Positions 57,205 through 58,843 of a stretch of 58,843 nt of DNA are shown here, piece by piece; position 1 is the stretch's first letter; each line of letters begins with the position of its first letter. The translations under genes and the position numbers were made by a program. The notes under the pieces were generated by a model, which was not told the DNA's origin, did no database searches, and saw nothing but the letters and a program-made list of their open reading frames with translations. Source of the stretch: Candidatus Wolfebacteria bacterium (GTDB lineage Bacteria > Patescibacteriota > Minisyncoccia > Phycocordibacterales > EsbW-18); NCBI GenBank assembly GCA_022616195.1, contig JAKEFG010000001.1, positions 1-58,843 on the forward strand. Direction: 5' to 3'.

Positions 57205-58626
57205 ATGAAACCGTCTCTTACTATTGGTCACTTTCCGATTATTGACCACCTCATTCTTGGTGTTGCGGTTCACAACGATAGTTCGCAATATAAGCACTTC
57301 ACACTTAGGACAAAGCTCTTTACCGACTGGCCTGCTATTTCGGAGGCGTTAGAAACAGGTGCGATTGATGGGGCCTTCGTGTTATTTCCCCTGGCGTTTG
57401 AGCTTTTCAGAAGAGGGCTCAAGAGTCATCTTGTTCTACTTGGCCACCGCGAGGGGCAGATACTAATTGCAAAAAAAGGTATCACGAAGGTAGAGGAACT
57501 TAAAGGCAAAACGGTTTTTGTTCCAGACAAGTACTCGACGCACCATATATTATTGTGCCTCGCGTTACGGCAGGCAGGACTGACGCTCGATGATGTCAAG
57601 ATTCAGATGGGTTTCAGTCATCCTCGCGAAATGGTAAGTATGCTTGAAGAAGGGAAGATTGATGCCTTTGTTTCGGCAGAACCGATGGGAAGCGAAGCAG
57701 TGGAAAAGGGAGTAGGGAATGTGTTGAAGCTCTCGCATGATATCAGTGCACACCATGTGGACTGTGTTTTTGTGGTACGAGACGATCTGATAAACAAGAA
57801 TTCCAGTAGCGTTGAGGAGTTCGTTAGCAGTCTGGTAAAGGCTGGATTGTTTATTAACGCGTATCCCCGACAAGCAGCAGAGATTGGAGAATTATTTTTA
57901 GGATGGCCCCAGAAACTACTCTTGCGGGCACTTACTCACGATCGAGCACATATCTTATTTTGGGACTTGCTGCCTCGAATAGAGGAGTTTGCAGAGCTAC
58001 AGGATATCGCAGTAGAGGAGACGCATCTTTGGGATACGGGCATTGATCTAGAAACCTTTATCGAGCCGAAATTTGCCCAAGCTGCATATCGTGAATGGGT
58101 GATTGATACTCGAAGAGAAGTAAAAGATCGAGGTCGCGAGCGCAATCTGCCTGGAAATTTTCGCGAAGCGGCAGATCGCTTCCAGCAATTATTTAGTACT
58201 TCCATACCAATCGCTGGGCTTAGATTCATCGCTTCAGGAGAAGCATATCCAAAAGGAACAGAACGATTAAAGGAAATTTCTGAACTACGGCGGGAGTTTC
58301 TTGAGGACGTATTTGCTGGGCACGCGTATAGTATTACTACTCCGTATGCGAAAAAGAAAGCGTTATCCTTTTTTGTTCCAGAAAATGGTAGTGAACCGGA
58401 TCGAGTCTTGTTTAAACTTACTCATGAGGAGGCGTTGAAGGTGCTCCAAGCATTAGAATGGGGCGAGCGTTTAGCAGAGGTAAAAAAATATAGCGAAGCG
58501 ACTGCAGACAGAGATCTCTTTTCATCGACGGGGAGTATTTCAGCGGTGCAGGATGAAATCCATGTGTATTTTTCTATTGACCTTACAGTGTTTCGATTTT
58601 TGGTTTTGTTGCTCCATTATTTTTAG
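57205..58626 (+). CDS. CmpA/NrtA (NMT1-like) substrate-binding domain with C-terminal extension
   Basis: IGHFPIIDHL, GAIDGAFVLFP, LLGHREG, ELKGK, STHHILL, AEP; no signal peptide. Confidence 0.82.
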   Translation: MKPSLTIGHFPIIDHLILGVAVHNDSSQYKHFTLRTKLFTDWPAISEALETGAIDGAFVLFPLAFELFRRGLKSHLVLLGHREGQILIAKKGITKVEELKGKTVFVPDKYSTHHILLCLALRQAGLTLDDVKIQMGFSHPREMVSMLEEGKIDAFVSAEPMGSEAVEKGVGNVLKLSHDISAHHVDCVFVVRDDLINKNSSSVEEFVSSLVKAGLFINAYPRQAAEIGELFLGWPQKLLLRALTHDRAHILFWDLLPRIEEFAELQDIAVEETHLWDTGIDLETFIEPKFAQAAYREWVIDTRREVKDRGRERNLPGNFREAADRFQQLFSTSIPIAGLRFIASGEAYPKGTERLKEISELRREFLEDVFAGHAYSITTPYAKKKALSFFVPENGSEPDRVLFKLTHEEALKVLQALEWGERLAEVKKYSEATADRDLFSSTGSISAVQDEIHVYFSIDLTVFRFLVLLLHYF

Positions 58627-58637
58627 ATTCTGGTGGA

Positions 58638-58843
58638 ATGATAGATTCTTCATTTAAAGATTTTGTATTAGACCAGTTGGGTCATATCGAAGGCATTCGA
58701 GCGAAGCGAATGTTTAGCGGGTTTGGAGTCTATGCAGAAGACGTATTTTTCGCCATTATTTCTGATGATGTGTTGTATTTTAAAACAGATGAGAGAACAC
58801 GAAAGCGCTATACAGAGGCGGGTGCTGGTTGTTTTCGACCAAG
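58638..58843 (+). CDS. TfoX/Sxy N-terminal domain protein (partial)
   Basis: Manual translation: MIDSSFKDFVLDQLGHIEGIRAKRMFSGFGVYAEDVFFAIISDDVLYFKTD... Confidence 0.88.
   Translation, partial: MIDSSFKDFVLDQLGHIEGIRAKRMFSGFGVYAEDVFFAIISDDVLYFKTDERTRKRYTEAGAGCFRP

Overview
Core-chromosome window around the replication origin of a Patescibacteria (CPR), probably Parcubacteria-like, bacterium using the standard code (TGA ends several genes). Lineage is inferred from gene content and style, not from a search. In order it holds: an IS30 transposase tail, pilB/gspE, ruvB-yebC-ruvC, tyrS, a class A PBP, dnaN-oriC-dnaA-rpmH-rnpA-yidC, a ~12 kb T4SS-like operon (pilin, VirB4, PrgI, VirB6-like), rsmA, a LysM/M23 peptidase, a mannose cluster (cupin PMI, two double GH130-like genes, HAD), a queuosine-salvage gene, comM, DksA, a TIR-domain protein, pnp-NYN-rpsO, a Xer recombinase, xth, cca, three tRNAs, yraN, TrmB, an orphan beta-barrel-like protein, a NrtA-like binding protein and a partial TfoX. 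The most unusual signals are: (1) two four-helix-bundle (IVS/Avd-like) genes, each bracketed by inverted repeats built from its own heptamer unit and placed directly in front of a DNA-transfer gene, plus a gene-less copy of one repeat pair; (2) a parS cluster at 51.7-54.1 kb interleaved with 11 exact copies of an unrelated octamer, TGTCCTTT, five of them packed inside the cca ORF; (3) several long structured intergenic RNA candidates, and orphan-gene cassettes sharing a boxA-like 12-mer. All assignments were made by eye.
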